Part shown: positions 31,852 through 39,760 of the stretch, one piece after another | Numbering within the stretch: position 1 is the first letter of the stretch | Layout of the letters: each line of letters starts with the position of its first letter | Origin: Armatimonadota bacterium | Lineage (GTDB): Bacteria > Armatimonadota > UBA10988 | Assembly: GCA_016183835.1 (NCBI GenBank) | Contig: JACPDV010000418.1 | Span: 1-45,072, forward strand | Direction: 5' to 3' | DNA: 45,072 bases | The notes under the pieces: generated by a model | The model's input: the letters and a program-made list of their open reading frames with translations, nothing else | The model's database searches: none | What the model was told of the DNA's origin: nothing | Program-made: the position numbers and the translations under genes

Positions 31852-33312
31852 CTACGGCGCCACCAGCGCGGCCACGGGGAAGAGCACCGCGTCGAGGTCC
31901 ACGTCGAGGTTGCGGGCGTGCACCCGGTCGGCCAGCTCGCACGCCGCCGCCGCGCCGACCACCGACGGCGGTGTGCCGGCGGGCAGCAGTTGGCTCACCA
32001 GCGCCGTGCGTGTGAGCGGCAGGTTTGCCATCGTCTCGGTCACCTGCGCCGCGGCGCCGCCCTGCACCGCTGACAGGTACGCCGCGTCCGGGTTCAGCCG
32101 GAGCCAGTGCACCTTCGCCGCCAGCCAGCCCAGGTACGCCGCGGCCACGTGCGGGTGGGCCGGCGACGTCTGGACATGGTCGCGGGCCGTGGCCAGCACC
32201 ATCGCCAGCAGGTTTTCGCGACTCACCGTGGCCTTGAGGAGATGCCCGGCGGCATCGCGCAGGGACCAGTAGTCGGCGGCTTCGTCCGGGTTGAGCAGAT
32301 GTGGCGGCCAGGGGGTCACGCGCCGGCCGGCCTCGCGCGCGAGGCCGGCCGGGAAGGCGTAGCGCACCCGCCCGGCGGCGTCGAGCGCGGGGTAGGCGGC
32401 GGGGAAGCAGTCGTTGCGGTCGGGCTTGCCGTCGCGGTTCACATCCAGGTAGAAGGTGCCCTTGGACCCCAGCAGGCCGCCAAAGATCGGCACTGGGAGG
32501 TTCTCCGCCCAGCCGAGGCGCGCCCAGTCGCACTGGCCGGAGTCGGCATCGTAGCAGGCGTTCGGGCCGTTGCGCCAGTCGCCGCCGAGCGCGGTGGCGG
32601 CGCCGTCGCCCAGCGGGGTCTCCCAGGTGGCCACCCAGGCCACGCCGCGCGCCTCCCGCGAGTACTCGGCGAGGGCCACGATGGCGGCGTTGCCGCCGTT
32701 GCCCCAGCCGAGCACGCCGACGTCGTCGCCGAGCGGTTGCAGCGGCGCGGCCAGGTCGCGGATGGAGCGGCCGTCGGCGTCGATAGCCAACCCCGCGGCG
32801 AAGGCCAGCACGCGGGCGAGCGCCTCGAGGCTCCCGGCGCCGCGGTAATCCAGGGCGCCGCCGCTGGCGAAGCCGGGCCGGCCGCCGCCGGGGAAGCAGA
32901 AGCGCAGCTCGACGAACCCTTCGGCCGCCAGGGGCGCCTCGATCCGGCTCAAGTCGCCGGCGCTCCAGCCGCTCCCCACGTGGACCACCACGGGGGCCTC
33001 GTTGCCGTACCGCCCGGTCTCCGGCACGGCGAGGCGCACGGCCAGCCCGGCCGGCGCGGCGGCGGGGCAGGGCAGGCGGAAATCGATCTCACGCACGCGC
33101 GGGGCGGCGAGGGCGGCGGTGGCCAGGAGGAGCAGGCAGACGCCGGCTGCGCGGCTGCTGGGATACCCCCTCCTTGCCAAGGAGGGGGCAGGGGGAGGTC
33201 CATACCGACTCGCCGAGGAATGGAAGGACTGGACCTCACCCCATCCCTCTCCTTGGCAAGGAGAGGGGGCCGGACGGAAGGGCGCGGGGCGGCGCGGGTC
33301 AGCGCGCGGCAT
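31852..33312 (-). CDS. Secreted alpha/beta-fold-like protein of unknown function; start codon uncertain
   Basis: The ORF runs from ATG 33312, which overlaps the upstream stop by 14 nt. A hydrophobic signal (RAAGVCLLLLATAALAAP) begins only after a REP-like element (33166-33269) that lies inside the ORF. The elbow-like motif is VLGWGNGGNAAIVAL. The stop TAG at 31852-31854 lies inside the duplication flanking the MITE-like element. Confidence 0.6.
   Translation of the reverse strand: MPRADPRRPAPFRPAPSPCQGEGWGEVQSFHSSASRYGPPPAPSLARRGYPSSRAAGVCLLLLATAALAAPRVREIDFRLPCPAAAPAGLAVRLAVPETGRYGNEAPVVVHVGSGWSAGDLSRIEAPLAAEGFVELRFCFPGGGRPGFASGGALDYRGAGSLEALARVLAFAAGLAIDADGRSIRDLAAPLQPLGDDVGVLGWGNGGNAAIVALAEYSREARGVAWVATWETPLGDGAATALGGDWRNGPNACYDADSGQCDWARLGWAENLPVPIFGGLLGSKGTFYLDVNRDGKPDRNDCFPAAYPALDAAGRVRYAFPAGLAREAGRRVTPWPPHLLNPDEAADYWSLRDAAGHLLKATVSRENLLAMVLATARDHVQTSPAHPHVAAAYLGWLAAKVHWLRLNPDAAYLSAVQGGAAAQVTETMANLPLTRTALVSQLLPAGTPPSVVGAAAACELADRVHARNLDVDLDAVLFPVAALVAP
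33166..33269. repeat. REP-like palindromic element copy C
   Basis: The left arm is CCCCCTCCTTGCCAAGGAGGGGGCAGGGGGAGGTCC (33166-33201). After a 29-nt spacer, the right arm is GGACCTCACCCCATCCCTCTCCTTGGCAAGGAGAGGGGG (33231-33269). Each arm contains its own 10-bp-stem hairpin, and the two arms are imperfect reverse complements. Confidence 0.85.
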
Positions 33313-34018
33313 TCAGCTTCCAGTCGAACTTCTGGTAGACCACCTTGTAGTCGCCCGTCACGATCCAGTCGCGGTCGGTGGCGCTGTCGAGGTAATCCTT
33401 GACGAACCCGGTCACCCCGCCGGCGGGGGCGAAATCGTCCTTGTACCAGTCGAAGACCTTGGACAGGAAGAGCTGCCGGCCCGCCGCGTCGATGCGATTG
33501 CGCGTGCCATCGTTGATCCAGGCGCGGGCCGCCGCCTGGAGCTGCGCCTCCATCTTCGAGGCCGTGTAGGCCTCGGACCGGAGCTTCGGGGAGCCGACCG
33601 CGGCGCTGACCAGCGCGGCGTGCACGCGCGCGTCGCCCAGCTTGCGGAGCAGCTCGTTCTCGAGCCGGTCGAGGGTCACGGTCTGGCCCAGGAGCTGGTG
33701 CGTCTCGCGGTCGAAGAAGCCATCGATCCCCGCCACGGTGGTTACCGGCCAATGCTGCCGCACGCCATCGATAACGAACGCGTTGTAGGCGTTGAGGTAG
33801 AAGGCGAGCTTCTCCTGCGCGGTGGCCAGGGCGTCGGGCCGGGTGCTCGCCAGCACCTTCAGGTAGTTGGCGAAGCGGGCGTCCGCGGCGATGCCGGGAT
33901 AGTCCACCAGGCCGTCGCGCACATGCGCGGCGAGCACCTGGGTGAACAGGCTGTGGTCAATCTCCGCCGCCGCCGGCAGCACCAGCGCGAAGACCAGCAA
34001 CCATCCGAAGCGTCTCAT
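33299..34018 (-). CDS. DUF547-domain protein (secreted)
   Basis: I prefer ATG 34018 (MRRFGWLLVFALVLPAAA signal, GAGG 8 nt upstream) over the track start at 34066. FYLNAYNAFVI and DWKLN are typical of DUF547. Confidence 0.75.
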   Translation of the reverse strand: MRRFGWLLVFALVLPAAAEIDHSLFTQVLAAHVRDGLVDYPGIAADARFANYLKVLASTRPDALATAQEKLAFYLNAYNAFVIDGVRQHWPVTTVAGIDGFFDRETHQLLGQTVTLDRLENELLRKLGDARVHAALVSAAVGSPKLRSEAYTASKMEAQLQAAARAWINDGTRNRIDAAGRQLFLSKVFDWYKDDFAPAGGVTGFVKDYLDSATDRDWIVTGDYKVVYQKFDWKLNAAR

Positions 34019-34061
34019 GGCGAATACCTCGCCTCCCGCCGCCACGCGGCGTTTGGACCAG

Positions 34062-34070
34062 ATCATAGCA
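34062..34070 (-). promoter_or_regulatory. Extended -10 element upstream of the DUF547 gene
   Basis: The minus strand reads TGcTATGAT (34070-34062), in a locally AT-richer spacer about 44 nt upstream of ATG 34018. Confidence 0.35.
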
Positions 34071-34166
34071 GGATTGACGTGCCAGAACGCCGGAGTGGTT
34101 CCACTTCGGGGTTAAGGTTCCCTGTCGGGCGGTGCCCGGGGCCGGGCAGACGCCGTAGGGCGGCCG

Positions 34167-34478
34167 CTACCCTTCGGCAGGCGCCGCAGCCGCCGGCAGC
34201 CGCTGATCCAGGATCGCACACACCGAGCGAGCGTGCTCCTCGATGTCGAGGAACACGTGGATGGCCTCGGCATAGGCGAGCATCATGATCGCGCCGAGGA
34301 AGCCATAGACGGCGCCAAAGACACTCACCATCACACCCTGAGCCGCACCCTTCGGCCCGCCGAGCACGAGCATCAGCACGCCGCCGAGGATCGACAGCAC
34401 CCCCAGCGCGGCAATGATGTACGCGACCACGCGAAGGATCCTCGCGATTGTGCGGAGAGCTTCGTAGCGCTTCTGCAT
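34167..34478 (-). CDS. Small membrane protein (103 aa, 2-3 TM)
   Basis: ATG 34478 is preceded by GGAGGAGGAG. Hydrophobic helices are VVAYIIAALGVLSILGGVLMLVLGG and VMVSVFGAVYGFLGAIMMLAYA. The upstream part of the 206-aa track ORF is R/P/S-rich shadow sequence. Confidence 0.6.
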   Translation of the reverse strand: MQKRYEALRTIARILRVVAYIIAALGVLSILGGVLMLVLGGPKGAAQGVMVSVFGAVYGFLGAIMMLAYAEAIHVFLDIEEHARSVCAILDQRLPAAAAPAEG

Positions 34479-34614
34479 GACTTGCTCCTCCTCCTGCCCC
34501 TGCGTGGCGTCGGTCCACCCACCACATGGTTCTGTGCGGCCGTACGGCCACCTCCTCGGCACCGCGCCGAGGTCCCCGCCGCCGTCCGCCGAACTGCCCC
34601 GCACGGAGAACGCC

Positions 34615-35874
34615 ATGTGCCCGCTCCTCCCGCTCACCCTCCTTGCCGCCACGCCCAACCTCTTTCCCGACCCGCCGGGCGGCACGGCGAGCATCACCGT
34701 GGGGCAGGCCGAGGGCGACCTCCGCGGCAGCGACCAGCGAGCCATCCAGGGCGCCATCGAGTACGTCGCCGGCCTCGGCGGCGGCACGGTGTACCTGCTC
34801 CCCGGCGTCTACACCCTCTCCGACAGCGTCCATCTCCGCTCGCACGTGAACCTGGTCGGCCGCGGCGAGGGCGTCGTCCTGCGGCAGGAGGACGGGTGGC
34901 AGGTGCCGCTGACCACCGACGGCGACTACGGCGAGGCGCAGGTCAGTGTGGCCGAGCCTGGGCGCTGGCGGGTGGGGATGGGCATCGCCGTGGCCGACGA
35001 CGCCAACGGCGGGTTCCTCACCACCGTCACCACCGTGGCGGGCATCGACGGGCACGGTCTGCGCCTGACCCGCCGCATCCACGGCGGCGACCTGCTGATG
35101 ACCCGCCACGCCTGGGCGGCGCACGCCTTCCCGCCCATCGCCGGGAGCGAGGTCGAGGATGTGCGGATCGAGAACGTCACGGTCGAGGGCAACAAGGCGC
35201 GCACTCCGGCGCTGAACGGCTGCGTGGGCGGCGGGATCTACACCTTCCGCAGCCGCGACGTGCGGATCGTGGGCTGCACGGTGCGCGACTACCACGGCGA
35301 CGGGATCTCGTTCCAGACCAGCTTCGACGTGACGGTGGAGCGGTGCGAGGTCTCTGGCTGCACCAACCTGGGTCTGCACCCGGGCTCGGGCAGCCAGCGC
35401 CCGCGGATCCGCGAGTGCTTCAGCCATCACAACGACGACATCGGCCTGTTCGTCTGCTGGCGCGTGCGGGGCGGCGAGTTCGCCGGCAACCGCATCGAGG
35501 ACAACGGCGGGCAGGGAATCAGCATCGGTCACAAGGACACGGACAACCTCTTCGAGCACAACCGGATCCTGCGCAACGGGCAGCACGGCGTGCTCTTCCG
35601 CAACGAGCCGGTGGAGCTGGCCGCGCACCGGAACACGCTCCGCGACAACGTGATCGAGGACAACGGGACGCGGACGGACGGCGGCTGCGGGATCCGCGTG
35701 GAGGGCGCCACGCAGGACCTGGTCTTCGAGCGCAACACGATTCGCTGCACGGCTGGCGGGAAGCAGCGGACCGGGATCTGGATCGGGCCGCAGGCGGAGC
35801 GAATCAGGACGGAGGCGAACGTGTTCGAGGGGGACGTGGAGTCGGAAGTCAAGCGGGCCGCGCCCGGCGGCTGA
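34615..35874 (+). CDS. Right-handed parallel beta-helix protein (pectate-lyase-3/NosD-like)
   Basis: ATG 34615 has GGAG at 34605-34608. The N-terminus DQRAIQGAIEYVAGLGGGTVYLLPGVYTL is typical of this family. It is followed by repeated ~22-aa beta-helix coils (NVTVEGN, VRIVGCTVRD, VTVERCEVSGC, NRIEDNGGQGISIG, NRILRNG, NVIEDNG). Confidence 0.75.
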   Translation: MCPLLPLTLLAATPNLFPDPPGGTASITVGQAEGDLRGSDQRAIQGAIEYVAGLGGGTVYLLPGVYTLSDSVHLRSHVNLVGRGEGVVLRQEDGWQVPLTTDGDYGEAQVSVAEPGRWRVGMGIAVADDANGGFLTTVTTVAGIDGHGLRLTRRIHGGDLLMTRHAWAAHAFPPIAGSEVEDVRIENVTVEGNKARTPALNGCVGGGIYTFRSRDVRIVGCTVRDYHGDGISFQTSFDVTVERCEVSGCTNLGLHPGSGSQRPRIRECFSHHNDDIGLFVCWRVRGGEFAGNRIEDNGGQGISIGHKDTDNLFEHNRILRNGQHGVLFRNEPVELAAHRNTLRDNVIEDNGTRTDGGCGIRVEGATQDLVFERNTIRCTAGGKQRTGIWIGPQAERIRTEANVFEGDVESEVKRAAPGG

Positions 35875-35928
35875 AGCCGCGGTGACCATGCCGGCCGTGC
35901 CCGGCGGCTGAAGCCGCGGCAACCATGC
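35862..35928 (+). repeat. Tandem duplication of a 30-mer (37-bp period) spanning the stop codon of the beta-helix gene
   Basis: GCCCGGCGGCTGAAGCCGCGGTGACCATGC (35862-35891) and GCCCGGCGGCTGAAGCCGCGGCAACCATGC (35899-35928) match at 28 of 30 positions. Confidence 0.85.
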
Positions 35929-36023
35929 GAAGTCCACCTTCGTGGACTCGGAGTCGGGAGACCCACAGAGAGGTCCGGGCGGCTGCGAGCCGAAACTGCC
36001 TGACAAGCTGGAGGGGACAAGCC

Positions 36024-38666
36024 ATGCCCCGGCCGCTGCTCGCCTGCCTCCTCGCCTGCCTGCCGCTCGCCGCCGAGCCGCGGGGCGAGGTGCTCCCGGT
36101 ACTCCGCTGCCCTCCGGTCGCGCAGCCGCCAACGATCGACGGCCGGCTCGATGATCCCTGCTGGACGCAGGCCGTCGTCAGCGGGCCGTTTGTCACCCCG
36201 TCCGGCGCCGCCGCGACGTACGTCACCACCGTCCGGCTGGCCCATGATGCCGCCAAGTTCTATCTGGCCGTGGAGTGCGCCGACCCGGATCCCGGCAAGC
36301 TGGTCTCCGCCCACACGCAGCGCGACAGCGACGTCTACCTCGACGACTGCGTGGAGGTGTTCGTCGACGGCGATCTCGACTTCCGCACCTACCACCATTT
36401 CCTGGTCAACCCCGGCAACGTCCAGCGCGACGAATCCGGCGACCTGGAGGGCAGCCCGCAGTACGACGTGGGCTGGAACCAGGTCTGGCCCTCGGCCACC
36501 CGCCGCACGGACAAGGGTTGGGTGGTGGAGCTGGCGCTGCCGCTCGCCCCGTTGGGGATCCCCCTCACGCCCGAGCCGGTGATCGGGCTGAACGTCTGCC
36601 GCAGCTCGGCCACCGGCGGGCTGTCGTGCCTGGCGCCGACCCACGGCGGGTTCCACGATCCGCACCGCCACGCGATGGTGGTGCTGGCGCAGGGCGCCGC
36701 GCCCGTGGCGGTGGAGCCGGGCGGCCTTGAGCCGCTGCTCGACGCCTCGCCCGGGCGGCACGAGGCGACGCTCGCCGCGCCGTCCGGGCTGAAGGCCGAA
36801 TGGCGCACCTACACCGGGCGCGGGCTGCGCACCAGCACGTTCGTCACGCAGCCGGGGTCGGCGTTGAGCTGGGACCTGGGCGGCGCCGGCAGCCTCAACC
36901 TCTGCCTGATCCTGCGCGATGCCGCCGGGCAGGTGGTGGCGGTGCACAACGTGGTGGTGCAGGTGCCGCTGGTGTACAACGTGGCGCTGGGCCACCGGCT
37001 GCCCGCGCCGAGCTGGCTGAGCCTGTGGTGGGCCGAGTCGATGCACAAGGTGATGCCCGACAGGACCGCCCCGCCGGATCGCGACGAGGCCGCCGAGATG
37101 AGCTGCGCGGGCAACGAGGTCGAGGCCTGCCAGGTGGTCGTCCGAGCGCAGGGCGGCGCGAGCGTCACGGTCGAGCCGCCGCTCTTCCGCGGGCCGCGGG
37201 CGAGCATCCCGGCCGGTCGGGTGCGGCTGTACCGCGTGGCCTGCGTGAACGTGGACGAGCCGACCGACGCCTACGGCGGCACCGGTCGCTACCCGGACCC
37301 GCTGCTGCCGGTGACCGGGTCGGTGCCGGTGGCCGAGGGCGAGAACACGGTGCTCTGGGTCCAGGTGAGCGTGCCGAAGAGACAGCCGCGGGGCCGTTAC
37401 GAGGGCGCCCTGGTGCTGCGCGCCGAGGGGAAGGAGCCGGTGCGGGTGCCGATCCGCCTCCGGGTCTACGGCTTCGACCTCACCGACGAGACCCACACCG
37501 CCACCGCCTACGGCCTGGGGCCCGACTGGGAGTACCTCCACGTCTCCGACCGGGCGCAGCAGGAGGAGGTCTTCGTCAAGTACCTCCAGGCCTTCCGGGA
37601 GCACCGGCTGTCGCCCTACGAGCCGTTCGCCTTCCACCCCATGCGCTACGAACTGCTCGGCCAGGGCGAGGCGATCACCGTCTCGCACGATTTTGCCGAC
37701 TTCGACCAGGCGGCGGCGCGGTACCTGGACGAGTGGAAGCTGAACGGCTTCAACTTCCCGGCCATGCCGGGGTCCATCGCCGGCCACGAGCGCTTCACGC
37801 CCGAGTACAACCGGCTCCACAAGCTGATCTACGGGCCGATGACCGAGCACCTGCGCGAGAAGGGCTGGCTCTCGAAGGCGTATTCGTACTGGTACGACGA
37901 GCCCGAAGAGGCGGCGTATCCGTACGTGGTGGCGGGGATGGACCTGCTCGGCCGCGACTGCCCCGGGCTGACGCGCCTGATCACCGAGCAGATCGAGCCG
38001 GGGCTGGTGGGGCACGTCGACCTGTGGTGCCCCGTGCTCTCGAACTATCAGCCGAAACTGGCGCCGGAGCGGCAGCAGCGCGGCGAGTTGGTGTGGTGGT
38101 ACGTCTGCACGGGGCCGCGCTCGCCGTATCCCAACAACTTCATCGACCATCCGGGACTCCATCACCGCATCCGGTTCTGGATGATGGAGAAGTACGGCGT
38201 GACCGGCTCGCTCTACTGGGCCACCACCTACTGGCGCGGGAAGGACTCGAAGCTGCGGAACCCGTGGGAGGCCGGCATGTCGGTGAGTCCCGACGGCGGC
38301 TACTGGGGCAACGGCGACGGCATGCTGCTCTACCCGGCCTGCGGCGAGCCGGCGGCGGCGCCGTGCCTGGACGGGCCGGTGGTCACGCAGCGGATCGAGA
38401 TCCTGCGCGACGGGCTGGAAGACCGGGAGTACTTCTGGTCGCTGCGGCAGCTCGTGGCGCGGGCGTTGCGGATGGGCGGGCGGGCCACCGGACGGGGCCG
38501 CAGCACGCGGGTCAGCCAGGCGCTGAGCGCGGCCTACGAGGCGCTGGGGTCGCCGGACCGGCTGGCCGAGAGCTTGACGCAGTTCGACCACGACCCGGCG
38601 CACCTGCTGGCCGAGCGGGCGGCGATGGCGGAGGCCCTCGAGGCATTGACGCCGGCGCTGCGGTGA
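36024..38666 (+). CDS. Secreted CBM9/DOMON-like plus DUF4091-like (GH123-related) glycan-active protein
   Basis: ATG 36024 has GGAGGGG at 36010-36016, then a signal peptide (LLACLLACLPLAA). The CBM9-like motif is IDGRLDDPCW...DDCVEVFVDGD...YHHFLVNP. The C-terminal WWYVCTGPRSPYPNNFIDHPGLHHRIRFWMMEKYGVTGSLYWATTYW is characteristic of DUF4091. Confidence 0.75.
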   Translation: MPRPLLACLLACLPLAAEPRGEVLPVLRCPPVAQPPTIDGRLDDPCWTQAVVSGPFVTPSGAAATYVTTVRLAHDAAKFYLAVECADPDPGKLVSAHTQRDSDVYLDDCVEVFVDGDLDFRTYHHFLVNPGNVQRDESGDLEGSPQYDVGWNQVWPSATRRTDKGWVVELALPLAPLGIPLTPEPVIGLNVCRSSATGGLSCLAPTHGGFHDPHRHAMVVLAQGAAPVAVEPGGLEPLLDASPGRHEATLAAPSGLKAEWRTYTGRGLRTSTFVTQPGSALSWDLGGAGSLNLCLILRDAAGQVVAVHNVVVQVPLVYNVALGHRLPAPSWLSLWWAESMHKVMPDRTAPPDRDEAAEMSCAGNEVEACQVVVRAQGGASVTVEPPLFRGPRASIPAGRVRLYRVACVNVDEPTDAYGGTGRYPDPLLPVTGSVPVAEGENTVLWVQVSVPKRQPRGRYEGALVLRAEGKEPVRVPIRLRVYGFDLTDETHTATAYGLGPDWEYLHVSDRAQQEEVFVKYLQAFREHRLSPYEPFAFHPMRYELLGQGEAITVSHDFADFDQAAARYLDEWKLNGFNFPAMPGSIAGHERFTPEYNRLHKLIYGPMTEHLREKGWLSKAYSYWYDEPEEAAYPYVVAGMDLLGRDCPGLTRLITEQIEPGLVGHVDLWCPVLSNYQPKLAPERQQRGELVWWYVCTGPRSPYPNNFIDHPGLHHRIRFWMMEKYGVTGSLYWATTYWRGKDSKLRNPWEAGMSVSPDGGYWGNGDGMLLYPACGEPAAAPCLDGPVVTQRIEILRDGLEDREYFWSLRQLVARALRMGGRATGRGRSTRVSQALSAAYEALGSPDRLAESLTQFDHDPAHLLAERAAMAEALEALTPALR

Positions 38667-38808
38667 GCCGGCGGGTTAGGCGTTCGTTCAGGGTGCGGCA
38701 AGGGTGCGTTTACACCGGCGCGGCCGGCGCGTGGCAGACTCCTCTCAGGGGGTCTGTGCCGCGGGTTCGATCGCGCCGGCGGATCGGCCCGTGGCAAGGT
38801 GGGTCACG

Positions 38809-39603
38809 ATGGATGCTGCGACGATGACGGTGACACCGCTGGGCGTCGGACGCGCCTTCGCTCGGCGGCTGCGCAACAGCAACTTCGTCATCGAGGGGGC
38901 CGAGGGGCTGCGCATCCTCCTGGACTGCGGCTTCACCGCCCCGGCGGCGCTGGACGACCTCGGGCTGTTCGAGAGCATCAACGTCCTGCTCATCACCCAC
39001 TGCCACATGGACCACATCGGCGGGCTGGAGGAGTTCCTCCTGCGGCGGCATCTCCGCGGCGGGCCCAGCCCCGGGCTGGTGGCGCCCGACGAGGTGGTCG
39101 AGCAGCTCAACACCATCTTCGGGCCGAGCCTGCGCTGGGTCGGCCGGCAGGGCCCCTTCGACGTGGTCGGCCGGCGGCGCGGCACGGCGCACCTGCTCCA
39201 GCACCCGATGGAGCCCAATGGCGATTACTTCCTCACGCGCCTGGCGTTCAACGGGGTGGTCTACCTGATCCGCGCGTTCGCCACCAACCATGTCTGGCAC
39301 ATGCCCACCTACGGCTACCAGATCGTGCGCGAGGGCCCCGACTCGCGCAGCGCCGTGCTCATCTCCGGCGACACGGCGGAGCCGATCTCGGCGCGTGACC
39401 TGGCCGAGGACAGTGACGTGGTGTTCCACGACGTGGGCGACGATCCGGTGCATGCCACGGTGCAGTCCGTGGCCGACTCGTTCCGCGGCAGCCGCGTGGT
39501 GCTCTACGGCTACCACTACGCGGACGACCTCGGCGATGCCCCGTTCGATCTGGCGCGCGAGGGGGTGAGGTTCGAGGTCACGCCGCGGAAGGTGGTGTGC
39601 TGA
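38809..39603 (+). CDS. MBL-fold metallo-hydrolase
   Basis: The HxHxDH motif is LLITHCHMDHIGG, followed by later His/Asp ligands (ATNHVWH, GDTAE, FHDVGDD). ATG 38824 is an alternative start. Confidence 0.75.
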   Translation: MDAATMTVTPLGVGRAFARRLRNSNFVIEGAEGLRILLDCGFTAPAALDDLGLFESINVLLITHCHMDHIGGLEEFLLRRHLRGGPSPGLVAPDEVVEQLNTIFGPSLRWVGRQGPFDVVGRRRGTAHLLQHPMEPNGDYFLTRLAFNGVVYLIRAFATNHVWHMPTYGYQIVREGPDSRSAVLISGDTAEPISARDLAEDSDVVFHDVGDDPVHATVQSVADSFRGSRVVLYGYHYADDLGDAPFDLAREGVRFEVTPRKVVC

Positions 39604-39633
39604 GGGTCAGACGGCCCGGTCGCGCCGTCGGAA

Positions 39634-39728
39634 CCCCCTCCTCGCCAAGGAGGGGGCAGGGGGAGGTCCAGTCAACCCACCCTGTCGGTCTAGACCTCAC
39701 CCCAGCCCTCGCCTTGGCAAGGAGAGGG
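39634..39728. repeat. REP-like palindromic element copy D
   Basis: The left arm is 39634-39669 (CCCCCTCCTCGCCAAGGAGGGGGCAGGGGGAGGTCC) and the right arm is 39693-39728 (GACCTCACCCCAGCCCTCGCCTTGGCAAGGAGAGGG). It lies between the convergent MBL and URO-D genes. Confidence 0.85.
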
Positions 39729-39760
39729 AGCCGGAGCAGTGCGGCGCCGGACGCCCACCA

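Noticed and set aside
34538-34549. A perfect 12-bp palindrome GGCCGTACGGCC in the divergent spacer 34479-34614, considered as a candidate operator.
   Set aside because: By a rough estimate, tens of 12-bp GC-rich palindromes are expected by chance in 45 kb of ~70% GC DNA. No second half-site or promoter context is visible.
38763-38777. A tRNA T-loop-like GGGTTCGATCGCGCC in the spacer upstream of the MBL gene.
   Set aside because: The flanking bases cannot form a T-stem (GCGGG versus GCGCC). No acceptor, anticodon or D arms can be drawn. It is most likely a chance match.
39610-39629. A hairpin GACGGC-N8-GCCGTC after the MBL gene, considered as an intrinsic terminator.
   Set aside because: The stem is only 6 bp and there is no U-tract, so it is not distinguishable from background in this composition. 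The adjacent REP-like element D is the more plausible structured 3' element.
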